Shown one piece after another: positions 9,712-19,222 of a DNA stretch of 64,000 nt; within the stretch, counting starts at the first letter, position 1, and each line of letters starts with the position of its first letter. The notes below the pieces were generated by a model. It did no database searches, was not told where the DNA came from, and saw only the letters and a program-made list of their open reading frames with translations. Both the position numbers and the translations under genes were made by a program. The stretch lies in assembly GCA_963849325.1 (NCBI GenBank), contig CAWKHF010000009.1, forward strand, positions 1 to 64,000, given 5' to 3'. Source of the DNA: an uncultured Planctomycetota bacterium. GTDB lineage: Bacteria; Planctomycetota; Planctomycetia; Gemmatales; Gemmataceae.

Positions 9712-10473
9712 GTTCGCCTCCCTGCATCTGCTTCTCGAAGATCATGCACACATCATGCAGCCCTGGAATGAAGCTGCTCCGGTACACCTTCTTGGAGCTG
9801 CTGTTGCCGTGGCTGAAGCGGATGATGTCGGTGCAATGCTGCCGCAAGCCGGCCCGCATGGCAAGCAGCTTGGTGTAGAACACCAGCGGAACGTACCCCG
9901 CCTCGCGGTCGCTGTAGTCGCCCATCAGGATGGCCAGCTTGCCGCCCGGCGCCAGCGAACCGGCGCAGTTGTCGATCAGCAGGCGGTAGCGCTCCAGGAA
10001 GGCTGGCAACGTAGGCGCGCGGGAGAGGCAGCGCGGGTCTTCGGTGTAGAGCTTCATCCGCCAGTAGGGCGGGTGGACCCAGCAGAAGTCAAAGCACTGG
10101 CGGGGGAATTGCGAGGGATCGCAAGCATCGGCGCCTTCGTGGAGATCGCTGGAGTAGCAGTAGATGCCCAATTCAGCGCAGACATCGCTGGCAGGTGCCG
10201 CTGCCGGTCATGGGGTCGAGGACGCTGAACGGTTTGAAGTACCTGCAGCAAGTCTTTGATGAGATTGCCGCCGCAGTTGCCGGGATAGCTGCGGTCGCCG
10301 TAGTCGCCGGCCTCGGCCGAATGGTACAGGCTGGTCAGGTGGGGAACCGGACTGGCGTTGACCGGCGCCGCCGGCAGCTTGGCGTAGACGGGCTTGGCCG
10401 GCTCCTCCGGTCGGGAAGGTGCGACCCGCTGGAGGCGGGCCGCGTAGAACGGATTGTTGATCGATGGGTGCAT
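9698..10473 (-). CDS. orphan amino-DNA methyltransferase (frameshifted)
   Basis: YPGNC, SAM motif VLDPMTGSGT, catalytic HPPYW; spread over several frames. Confidence 0.8.
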
Positions 10474-10483
10474 AGAAACCTCC

Positions 10484-10879
10484 TTATGCGTTCGTGGTTG
10501 ATGAGGGATTGGAACGGTGCAGATAGCCGCCGCAGGCTTGCCAGCTGTAATCGCGGACGTTCACGATGACGACCCCGGCGTTGCCGTGGCCATACGCGGC
10601 CAGCTGCTCGCGTGACCTGTCGGTGCAGGGGAAGGCCCGAACCGCCCGCTCAATGGGCAGCGGGACGTTCCAGACTCCCAGCGACTGGTTGCCGGCGATC
10701 TGCGTGTGGCACAGGCCGATGAACCGGGCACAGGAATAGTCCACGTCGCCCTCCCGGCCGTGCATGAGCTGCTTGAGATCATCCAGCCAAGCCGGGACTT
10801 TGTCGCCGCACCAGTGCAGGTAGACCACCGGGGAGACGCGCTCGCCGTCGGTGAAGATCACTAAAGCTCGATTGCCCAT
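10484..10879 (-). CDS. hypothetical protein (phage/MGE type)
   Basis: MGNRALVIF..VYLHWCG; RBS GGAGG. Confidence 0.75.
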   Translation of the reverse strand: MGNRALVIFTDGERVSPVVYLHWCGDKVPAWLDDLKQLMHGREGDVDYSCARFIGLCHTQIAGNQSLGVWNVPLPIERAVRAFPCTDRSREQLAAYGHGNAGVVIVNVRDYSWQACGGYLHRSNPSSTTNA

Positions 10880-10888
10880 CGTCGCCTC

Positions 10889-11110
10889 CTACCGTATCTC
10901 GCGGTTGAGGACAAGGACGGCGGCGTGCAGAGCGGCTGCCGATTGCAGGGTCTCCGTCAGCGGCATGATGGCCCCGACGGCTGCCAGGTGTTGCTTCTGT
11001 TCCAGGTCTTTGCGGGCGACGGTCACGTCCACCATCGCCCTGGCGAGCAGGGCGCGGAGTGCCCGGATGGTGGCGTCGATGGCCTCGACGTAGACGGTTT
11101 CGTGTTTCAT
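10889..11110 (-). CDS. small hypothetical helical protein
   Basis: RBS GAAAGGA. Confidence 0.65.
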   Translation of the reverse strand: MKHETVYVEAIDATIRALRALLARAMVDVTVARKDLEQKQHLAAVGAIMPLTETLQSAAALHAAVLVLNREIR

Positions 11111-11167
11111 GGTGTGATTCCTTTCGGTTGGGGGCGGCCCTTGCGAGGCCGCCCGGTTGATGTGGGA

Positions 11168-11377
11168 TTAGCTGTTGCTCTTGGGCTTGGTGAGGACGAT
11201 CCGGCCGTCGAGCGGGATGCTATGAAGCTGGACGGTGAAGCCGCCGTCGCGGTTGCTCCAGGCGATGCCCACGCGGTCCCAATAACTGTCGCCGTCCTTG
11301 CCGTCGCGGACCTGGTAGGCGATCAGGCTGGGCTTGCGGTTCTTCACGCCGGTATCGAGTGCTGCGTTGTCTGACAT
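11168..11377 (-). CDS. small SSB/OB-fold-like (DUF736-like) protein, paralog 2
   Basis: WDRVGIAWSNRDGGFTVQLHSIPLDGRIVL; RBS AAGGAG. Confidence 0.7.
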   Translation of the reverse strand: MSDNAALDTGVKNRKPSLIAYQVRDGKDGDSYWDRVGIAWSNRDGGFTVQLHSIPLDGRIVLTKPKSNS

Positions 11378-11735
11378 GATTCTTTCTCCTTCTTTGCATT
11401 TCCGGCCCCGCTCATCGGGGCCTTACGGCACGCCGACCGAAGCAGCCATAGACGGGTCCGGTAGCGTCAGGCTCCGGGTGAGAGCGAAAGGCCGCGGCTG
11501 CGGCTGTTTCGAAACGGACCTTGGAGCTTGACCGGGCCGGCGGCTGCTTCAGCCGTGCCAAGAGTAAGGCCGCATGCGGGCTGGGAGCGAAGGGGAGGAG
11601 AAAGGAGCGTCAGGACAGCAGCCGAGTTCGGCGTGGCGAGCAGGGCTTGGGCGTCTGGACAGTCACCGGCTGTAAATGGCGACTCGGTAGAACTGGCCCG
11701 CCGGCTGCCGGCTACAATCATGGGCATAGTGGAAT
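11257..11735 (+). repeat. ~480-nt imperfect inverted repeat (rod-like fold-back), apex ~11497
   Basis: Blocks 11265-71/11721-27, 11288-95/11676-83, 11345-51/11629-35, 11380-90/11596-606, 11419-26/11564-71, 11439-47/11542-50, 11467-75/11523-31. Confidence 0.85.
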
Positions 11736-11752
11736 CAGGAAAGGAGCAGCCC

Positions 11753-13045
11753 ATGCCGCCTGCCCGGCCGTCCGACGAACCCGCCCCCAAGGCGATCAAT
11801 CGCTTGATGAAGGACTTCCAGGGTTCCGACAAGAAAGCCAGCAAGTGCGCCTTCGAGGCGCTTGTCCGGCTCGGCTCGCCCATTCGAGAGCTGCTCGCCT
11901 CACCCCAATGCGATCCGTGGGATGGTTCGTATAGCTACGATGATATGGCGGCAGTCATTAATGAAGCGGGTTTATCCGATGCTAACGTGCTCGCTGGTCT
12001 GGCGCAGGCTGTGGTTGGACCAGGCGGCTCTATTCGGCTAGCGGCCATCCAGGTTTGCAAACGAATCAACCCGCCTCACGCCGTAGTGCTGGATGCACTG
12101 GTCCAAGCACTTGGCGACCGGCGTGACAATATTCGCGCTGAGGCCGCTCGCGCCTTGAGCGAACTACGGGTCGCCGCACCGGCTGTCCTGAAAGGTCTGG
12201 CTGCCGCTCTACGCGATTCAGAGCCTCACGTCGTTTTTGAAGCAGTCAAAGCCCTGGGCGACATCGGCGCACCCTCTCCAGACGTGATAGCGGGCTTGGT
12301 AAATCTCCTGGGCAATGCTCATTCGTTGTTTTGCGGGTGGGCCATTTTCGCCCTGCAGAGCATTGGGTCATTTGACCAGTCGGTGCATGATGCAGTTCGT
12401 CAGGTTGCAACCAGCACCTTTTCATTCCCCGGAAAACCGCCAAGTGGGTACGGTGACGATTACGATTACTGGTGAGAGAGCTATCACAATGCCGAGCGTC
12501 ACCATAAAGAGAACCGACAGCTTGCCGTGGAACTTCTGAGTCGGATTCCGGTGGAGCCAATGGTACAGGAGGCTATGGCATCGACGACGCAGCGACCCAT
12601 TCTCAGCGCGGAGGACCAACGAATCCTCACCTGGTTCAAAGATGTGGACCTGACGGTCTATCTGACACCGCTCCAGCTTTTTTGGTGCATTGCCCAAGTG
12701 GATCGTGATGCGATCGAGTCGGAAGATCGGGCCATCGGGTATAGTAAGCTTCAAGCGACGCTGGAGCAGCTTCAACCGACCTACGCCGAAATCCGACTGC
12801 CGACGAGCAACGGCTACATCCGCGATGGCTGTCTCGAAGTGGTTCACGTTCTGTTGGACAAGGAGCCGTTCTTCTCCAATGCCTGGTCGGACGAAGAGCG
12901 TGAACTGACGTTTCGGGCCACGCATATGCGGGGGAAGCGTCGCGAGAGCCGGTGGACGCGGAGAGCACGGAAGGCATTCCATTATGTGGATCGGTTCCTC
13001 TCCATCATGAAGTGTCTGCCAAAGATGACCGTTACGGACGGATAA
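11753..13045 (+). pseudogene. HEAT-repeat protein with one in-frame TGA at 12473-12475
   Basis: ALGDRRDNIRAEAARALSEL and ALRDSEPHVVFEAVKALGDI repeats; ORF 12527..13045 continues in the same frame with no further stop. Confidence 0.6.
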
Positions 13046-13166
13046 AATGCAAGCGCGCGCATCCATTTTCTACGGCCAACCTCAGACCGGCTGCTGATCC
13101 GACAAGTCGAGGAGCAGGGAGCACAGCAGAGGCAAGCGTATCAATAGCCGCGCCCGCTAGCGCTCC

Positions 13167-13500
13167 GATCGCGCGCAGCGCACAATCGACCTCACGAGAT
13201 AATAAAGGCAGACGGGGCGAGAACCCCGCCCAATCGCTCGTGCGAGGGTACGCGGGCTTGCCTCCAGGCGACCGCCGAGGGCGGATCGCCCGAAACGCCA
13301 TGCAGGAGAACGCTGGTGCCGCAACGGACTTTGAAAACGCTTGCGTTCATCAAGGCCGATCCAAACCGGCCCCGGAAGCATTCTGCGCAAGCCGACCTTC
13401 TCGCGCTCGGGGCGTCGATGAAGAGGCTCGGCCAGTTCCAGCGGATCGTGCGCGCGGCGCACAATCGACGGCCACGAGATAATAAATGCAGACGGGGCGA
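13167..13500 (+). repeat. two ~55-bp direct repeats (13167-13220, 13444-13500)
   Basis: GCGCACAATCGAC..CACGAGATAATAAA(G/T)GCAGACGGGGCGA occurs twice. Confidence 0.8.
13316..13450 (+). pseudogene. ParB N-terminal fragment
   Basis: IKADPNRPRKH..LLALGASMKRLGQFQRI resembles the ParB PNQPR..GQLQPI motif. Confidence 0.5.
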
Positions 13501-13858
13501 CGGCCCTGATCTGACGCACCCCATCACCGTGCAGTGCGCCTCTCATTCCTGATTCGACCAGCGGCAAAGCCACCTACAGCGGCTTTCGTTGCGGTCTTCC
13601 TGCCACGGCCCCTTTCTGGCGTCGTGGCCCTCCCGACGAGGTGAAGTGACGTCACGCGGTCGTTCCCGCGCGCGGCGACGCCTTGCGCAGTATCGAGAAA
13701 GTTCGCGCCGAGTTCGAGGAAGCTCGGAGCAATCCCGAAGCCTTCGCCCAGCTGCTGCGGCGGCTCGCCGACTCCGATCTGAGCGTCTGGGCCATCGCCC
13801 GGTCTGCCGCTACGGAGAAGCCTCTGGACGACGCGGAAGTGGCCATGATTGCTCAGCC

Positions 13859-14362
13859 GGCTATTTCCTGTATGGCACGGGCGGCGTCGGCAAGTCGCAC
13901 ACCGTCTTGCGGCACCTGGAAAGCTCCGACGTGCCCTACCAGTTGTACAACTCGCGCATGACCGCCAAGGGCTTGTTCCAGACCTTGCACAATGCCCCCG
14001 ACGCCATCCACGTCCTGGAGGACATGGAGCGGTTGACCAAAGACCCCGACGCGCAGGGCGTCCTCCGCTCGGCGCTATGGTCACAACCGGGACACGAGCG
14101 GGCCGTCACCTGGACCACCGCCACCGGCGGACCCCTGCGCTTTATCTTTCGCGGCAGCCTGATCCTGATTAGCAACCGGCCGCTGGCCGACCTGCCCGAG
14201 TTGCGGGCCTTGGCCACGCGGATCGAAGTTCATCGGCTCGATGTTACCGACGCCGAACTGACGGCCTTGATGCGTGACCTGGCTGGAAAAGGATACCGGA
14301 CGCAGGACAAGCTGTTCATCCATGGCGCGTGCGGAACGTGCCAATGGTCAGGCTCCGTTTAG
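13859..14362 (+). pseudogene. P-loop ATPase fragment
   Basis: Walker A YGTGGVGKS, Walker B HVLED, ILISN; no credible start and a short C-terminus. Confidence 0.65.
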
Positions 14363-14375
14363 GAAGGAGATTCTC

Positions 14376-15185
14376 ATGCCCCCGCTTGTCAAGAAGTCGA
14401 TTGAAAAACGCCGTGCCCGCGTCCTGAAGACGCGGCCGCAGGTCCGCAAGACCTTTCCGCCCGAAGCGGACTGGCGTTCGCTGGCCCGCTCGGTGATGAA
14501 GCGGCAGCTGCACCCGCTCATCATCCTGCCCGATGACACCCTCCTCGACGGCGAGTGCCGCTGGCGCGGTCTGATGCTGGAAAACCCCGACTTCGAGGTA
14601 GACGTGATCGTCGTGGACCGCGAGTTGGCGCCGGGCGAGGTTTGCGAACTGCAACTGATCTCGGCGATGCACTCGACCAGCCTATCCCCCTTCGACCAAG
14701 CCTTGGCCGCGAAGGAGTGGCTGGACCAGAACTCCGGAGCGACCGCCAAGGAGTTGGCCGGGAAGATCGACCGCGACGCCAGCATGTTGACGCGGCTGAA
14801 CTCCTTGTGGAAGACCGTCCCGGCTGTCCAGAAGGCTGCGGAGGAGGGCAAGGTCGGGCCGAAAGCCTGGTATCAAATCAGCCTTCTGCCGGAAGCAGAG
14901 CAGGCCGGCTTGCTGGAGATGTACCTCGCCGGAACGCCCGCCGGCCAAATCGCGGACTTCTGCCGCAAGAAACGGAACAACGCAACGCCGGCCATCAAGC
15001 TATCGCGCATCAAGGCGGTGCTGCCGTCTGGGGTGTCCATCGTCGCCAGCGGGAAAGCTCTGACCCTCGATGACCTGATCGAAAGCCTCGGCGAAGCGCA
15101 GCGCGAGGCCAAAAAGGCCCGCGAGCAAGGGCTGGACGCACGCACGTTCCAGGCGGTCCTCCGGGACAAAGCCAGGAAGGGGTGA
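14376..15185 (+). CDS. ParB/RepB/Spo0J-family protein
   Basis: QVRKTF..QLHPLII..LLDGECRWRG, LSPFDQA, HTH; RBS AAGGAG. Confidence 0.85.
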   Translation: MPPLVKKSIEKRRARVLKTRPQVRKTFPPEADWRSLARSVMKRQLHPLIILPDDTLLDGECRWRGLMLENPDFEVDVIVVDRELAPGEVCELQLISAMHSTSLSPFDQALAAKEWLDQNSGATAKELAGKIDRDASMLTRLNSLWKTVPAVQKAAEEGKVGPKAWYQISLLPEAEQAGLLEMYLAGTPAGQIADFCRKKRNNATPAIKLSRIKAVLPSGVSIVASGKALTLDDLIESLGEAQREAKKAREQGLDARTFQAVLRDKARKG

Positions 15186-15189
15186 TCGG

Positions 15190-15387
15190 ATGAGGAACCA
15201 GCGACTTCAACACGATCCGGCCGAGTCCATCGCTACGACGTGCCTCTATGTCGTCTCGCACCTTCTCCATCCGGGGTTGCACAAGGAAGCATGGGATCTG
15301 TTCTACCAAGTCGCCAAGCGGGGGATCGAGGATTACGAGCTGCAAGTGGATCGTATGCAGCAGCGGCTGCATCCTAGCAAGAACTGA
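15190..15387 (+). CDS. small hypothetical protein
   Basis: Tightly packed between parB-like and virD4. Confidence 0.6.
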   Translation: MRNQRLQHDPAESIATTCLYVVSHLLHPGLHKEAWDLFYQVAKRGIEDYELQVDRMQQRLHPSKN

Positions 15388-15395
15388 GGAAAACC

Positions 15396-17114
15396 ATGTA
15401 CCAGATACTGCGTCGCATTCTGATCGTCACCGTGCTGCTTCTAGGCTACCTGGCCGCCCTGGTCGTCTACCTCGTGCCCTACGCCTGGCTGGTAGCCGTC
15501 GTCCTCGGCATTGTCCTGCTGTGCCGCAGAACGCACCGTTACACCGCCTACGGGACGGCACGGTGGGCCGATGCCAGCGACATCCCGCACCTGCTCGAAG
15601 GCAACGGCCTGATGGTCGGCCACATCGAGGGCAAGCCGAGCAAGATCACAGCCGTCCAGGCACTGTTCGACTCCCGGCTCTCGGCCAAGGCCGCCTGTCA
15701 GAAGTTCCTCATGGCGTTCCAGCGGGCGCCACCCAAATTCCTGGTGCGGCTGACCACGGCGATCCACAGCATGATCGTGGCCCCGGTAGGCGTCGGGAAG
15801 TCCACGGCGGTGGCGATCCCCTTCCTGATGACGTGCGACGAATCCGCCGTCGTGGTCGATTTCAAGGGCGAGCTGGCCAAGATTACGGCGGCGGCCCGGC
15901 GCCGGATGGGACATCAAATCGTCCTTCTTGATCCGTTCCAGATCGTCACACCGGAGCCGGATACGTTCAACACGCTCCAGTTCATCGACAAGGAATCGCC
16001 CACGGTCATCGACGAGTGCCGGGACTTGGCCGAGGCGCTGGTGATTCGGACGGGGCAGGAGAAGGAGCCGTTCTGGAACGACTCCGCGGAGGTGTGGATT
16101 GCCGCGATGACCGCAGCGGTGGTTTGGTTCACGGAAGGCGAGGAGAAGTCCTTGCAAACCGTCCGTGCCTTGCTCACCAACCCGGACAGGATGCAGGCGG
16201 CGATCAAGATGATGTGCGAGTCCGACGCCTGGCAAGGAATGCTGGCCCGGCTCGGCCACCAGCTGACGCACTTCAAGGACAAGGAATTGGGATCGACGCT
16301 GACCACCACCAACCGCTTCCTGCGGTTCCTGGACACCATCGCCATCGCGGAAAGCACCAAGCAGAGCAGTTTCAACCCGGCGGATCTGCTCACCGGCAAG
16401 ATGACGGTGTACTTGATTCTTCCTCCGGAGCATATGCGGGCGCAGTCGGCGCTCTTGCGGTTGTGGATCGGCTCGTTGCTCCGGGCCGTGGTCAAGGGCG
16501 GCTTGCAGGAACGGACCAAGGTTCATTTTGTCCTCGATGAGGCGGCCTCCCTCGGGCACATGGACGCTCTCGACGATGCCGTAGACAAGTTCCGCGGTTA
16601 CGGCGTCCGGCTCCAGCTGTACTACCAGTCGCTCGGCCAGCTCAAGAAGTGCTGGCCCGATGGCCAGGATCAGACTGTGCTTTAAAATACTTAGCAGGTC
16701 TTTTTTGGGGTTAACGATATTCAGACTGCTGAGTACGTCTCGGGAAGACTTGGCGAGGAAACGATCATCGTGGAGAGCGGGGGCACCAGCTCGGGCACCA
16801 CTCGGCAGGCGTCCCAGCAGGGAAGCGGCAGCACCAGCTACTCCACGAATACCAGCCACAACTGGCAGCAGCATGGCCGCAAGCTCCTGAAACCGGAAGA
16901 GGTAGCAGGTCTTGATCCGAGGGTGGCAATCACCTTCACGCCCGGCGCCCCGCCAATCTGGACCTGGCTGGTGCGGTACTACGAAAGGGGCTTTGGCCAG
17001 CCCGCCGGGTTGAGTCCGGCCAAGATGGTCTTCGATACGGCCTGCCTGTTTCTTGCCGCCGCCATGCTGGCGGCCTTGTGGACGGCGGGGCTTTTTCAGC
17101 ACTGGTTCCAATGA
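15396..17114 (+). pseudogene. virD4: VirD4/TraG type IV coupling protein with two in-frame stops (16683, 16692)
   Basis: N-terminal TMs, YGTARWA, APVGVGKS, VVVDFKGEL, FVLDEAASLG; frame continues to RKLLKPEEV after the stops. Confidence 0.85.
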
Positions 17115-17125
17115 AAGGAGAATCC

Positions 17126-17410
17126 ATGTCCAAAGAAAGTCGAGAGTTTTTCGAGCAGCTCAAGTCCGGCCAGCAGCCGTCCTTGGTGGAGTCCATCCGG
17201 GAAGCGGCGTCCGCGTTGAAGGAGATCGGCGGCAAGATTTGGGACGGCCTGACGCCGACGTTCGATCATGGCGCCCACGAGATGGCCTCGGCCCTGTTCC
17301 GTGGGGATGCGTTCGTGATGTATCCCCGCACCAACCAGACCGAGAGCCAGCAGCAGGAAGCGCAGGAAGTGCCGCAACAGGAGCAGAGCCGTGGTGGCCG
17401 TGAACTGTAA
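17126..17410 (+). CDS. small hypothetical protein
   Basis: RBS AAAGGAG; Q/E-rich tail ending SRGGREL. Confidence 0.75.
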   Translation: MSKESREFFEQLKSGQQPSLVESIREAASALKEIGGKIWDGLTPTFDHGAHEMASALFRGDAFVMYPRTNQTESQQQEAQEVPQQEQSRGGREL

Positions 17411-17457
17411 CCGTGTCTGTCAACCACCTTATCGCCCCTTTTTTCAAGGAGTTCGTC

Positions 17458-17628
17458 ATGAACCTGTTTGCCGAAGCGTCCGAAAGCAACCCCATCGGGT
17501 TCCTCATCGTCATGTTCCTCATGCTGATGGGCATCCGGCAGTGGGGCATCTGGCTCAAGGGTAACAGCATCGTCGGCGGCGCGGCCAAGAAGGGTGTTCT
17601 CAACATCCTGGGCCGCCTGTTCAAGTAA
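17458..17628 (+). CDS. 56-aa membrane peptide
   Basis: RBS AAGGAG; one TM plus amphipathic C-terminus. Confidence 0.7.
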   Translation: MNLFAEASESNPIGFLIVMFLMLMGIRQWGIWLKGNSIVGGAAKKGVLNILGRLFK

Positions 17629-17638
17629 GGAGGCCGCC

Positions 17639-17806
17639 ATGCTGTTCGCCACAACCCTCGGCGAGCATTTCGTCAACCTGATGCTCGCCATGTTCCTGCT
17701 CTTGTTCTTCACCTTCAAGATCCTCACCGCCATTGATGATGACGGTGAGATCAAGAAGAAGGCCAACGAGGGCTTGGCCGCGTGGATCACACGCTGGCTG
17801 AAGTAG
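17639..17806 (+). CDS. 55-aa membrane peptide
   Basis: RBS AAGGAGG; one TM plus amphipathic C-terminus. Confidence 0.7.
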   Translation: MLFATTLGEHFVNLMLAMFLLLFFTFKILTAIDDDGEIKKKANEGLAAWITRWLK

Positions 17807-17865
17807 CTCCCCGGCGGGGTGCGCCCAGCCCCGCCTTTTCCCCAAACCACGAAAGTGAGGTACTT

Positions 17866-18330
17866 ATGAACTTTCTCGATCCCAAGTGCGGCTCCCCGCT
17901 CGGCGGTGAGCCTGAGACGACGGCCGGCTGTCCGGGCGATCCGGACGAACACACCGTCGCCAATCCCGAGGCGAAGAGTACGGAGACCCCGCCGGACGAT
18001 TCCCCGGAAGCCTGGCGGGTCGAATGCGAGCGGGCGGCGTTCCACTCCGGCGTGCTGCTACGCCTAGCCAACATCCCCGGTGGCATCGCGGCGGCCATCG
18101 TCGAGCTAATCCAGACCGCTCCCCGCTCGGAAAGCGATTTAGAGAGGCTGCCCGAGACCACGCTGTTCGCCCGCATCACGCGGGCCGCCTATCGCTTCAA
18201 CGGTGACACGGACTCGTTTCGTGCCGCCAGCGAGTACATCACGGAACACCTGATGAAAATGCCATCGGAGCGGCGCCGGATGCTGGAAGCGTCTCTGGCC
18301 GGGGCCTTCATGGGTTGGCTGATGTCGTAA
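17866..18330 (+). CDS. hypothetical protein
   Basis: RBS GAGGT; clean ORF. Confidence 0.6.
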   Translation: MNFLDPKCGSPLGGEPETTAGCPGDPDEHTVANPEAKSTETPPDDSPEAWRVECERAAFHSGVLLRLANIPGGIAAAIVELIQTAPRSESDLERLPETTLFARITRAAYRFNGDTDSFRAASEYITEHLMKMPSERRRMLEASLAGAFMGWLMS

Positions 18331-18576
18331 CGGGTTGGGGGGCGTGCGTCCAGCCCCGCGCGCAAGATTGTTCCGGGAAGCGATCCTTCGCTACGCGAAG
18401 AACTTCTCCACGCATCTCTGAAAGAGCGGCGAGAGCCGTGAGATCGCCCCCGTCTGTTCAGCAGGCGGCATGGCTCCCAGCCCGGTAAAGCTCGTGTTCA
18501 AACTGCTTTCGTGAGATTCCCGGCGGCGCGTGTCGCCGGGAGTACGTACCACCTTCGCCCATACAAAGGAGCGTTT

Positions 18577-18783
18577 ATGTTCGCAGCATTCTGGCCGTTC
18601 GACTGGTCGTTCGACGGGTTCCTTTTCATCATGCTCTGCCTGTTCTGCTGGACTGCATGGTCCGTCAAGGAAACCGCCAAGGATGCGACCAAGGTCGTCA
18701 AGAAGATCGCGGAGAACGAAACCGTCCAGGAGGCCGGCAAGGGCATCCTCGGCGCCTGGCTGGAGTCGATCCGCAAGAAGTGA
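18577..18783 (+). CDS. 68-aa membrane peptide
   Basis: RBS AAAGGAG; one TM plus amphipathic C-terminus. Confidence 0.7.
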   Translation: MFAAFWPFDWSFDGFLFIMLCLFCWTAWSVKETAKDATKVVKKIAENETVQEAGKGILGAWLESIRKK

Positions 18784-18845
18784 GTGCAGCATGAGGGGAA
18801 GGCTCGCCCACCTTCCCCTCTGCCTTTTGCATCAGGAGGTCTGCC

Positions 18846-19184
18846 ATGAATCGTGTTGATACCTGGACTCTCACCGGAGTCCTTGTCTTCGTCGGCGTCG
18901 TCTTCCCCTTCCGCGCCTGGTGGGACTTTCACCATCCGGAGAACTGGAGTCCCGGCTCGGCGGATGATCCACAGGTGTACCTGTGGGCCTGGGCCGCCGT
19001 CGCTGTCTTTGTGGCCTGGGTCGCGGGCCGCATTGCCTTGCTGGAACGCAAGCGCAAGCTCCGTGCCCGGCTCCAGGCGCTCCTCGTCCGGGCCGAAATG
19101 CTGGTCCGGCAGCACCGGCGGGACGAGGCAGCGGAGGTTCTGAAAGAGTGTGAAGAGTTGTTAGCCAACGTGAAGTCTACCTGA
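18846..19184 (+). CDS. two-TM hypothetical membrane protein
   Basis: RBS AGGAGG; two hydrophobic segments. Confidence 0.7.
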   Translation: MNRVDTWTLTGVLVFVGVVFPFRAWWDFHHPENWSPGSADDPQVYLWAWAAVAVFVAWVAGRIALLERKRKLRARLQALLVRAEMLVRQHRRDEAAEVLKECEELLANVKST

Positions 19185-19222
19185 CGCTCGGTCAGGCTTT
19201 TTTTCCAGAAGGAGGATCAATC

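Noticed and set aside
13167-13500. CRISPR repeats or DGR template/variable pair
   Set aside because: Only two copies 280 bp apart; differences are not adenine-specific and no reverse transcriptase is seen
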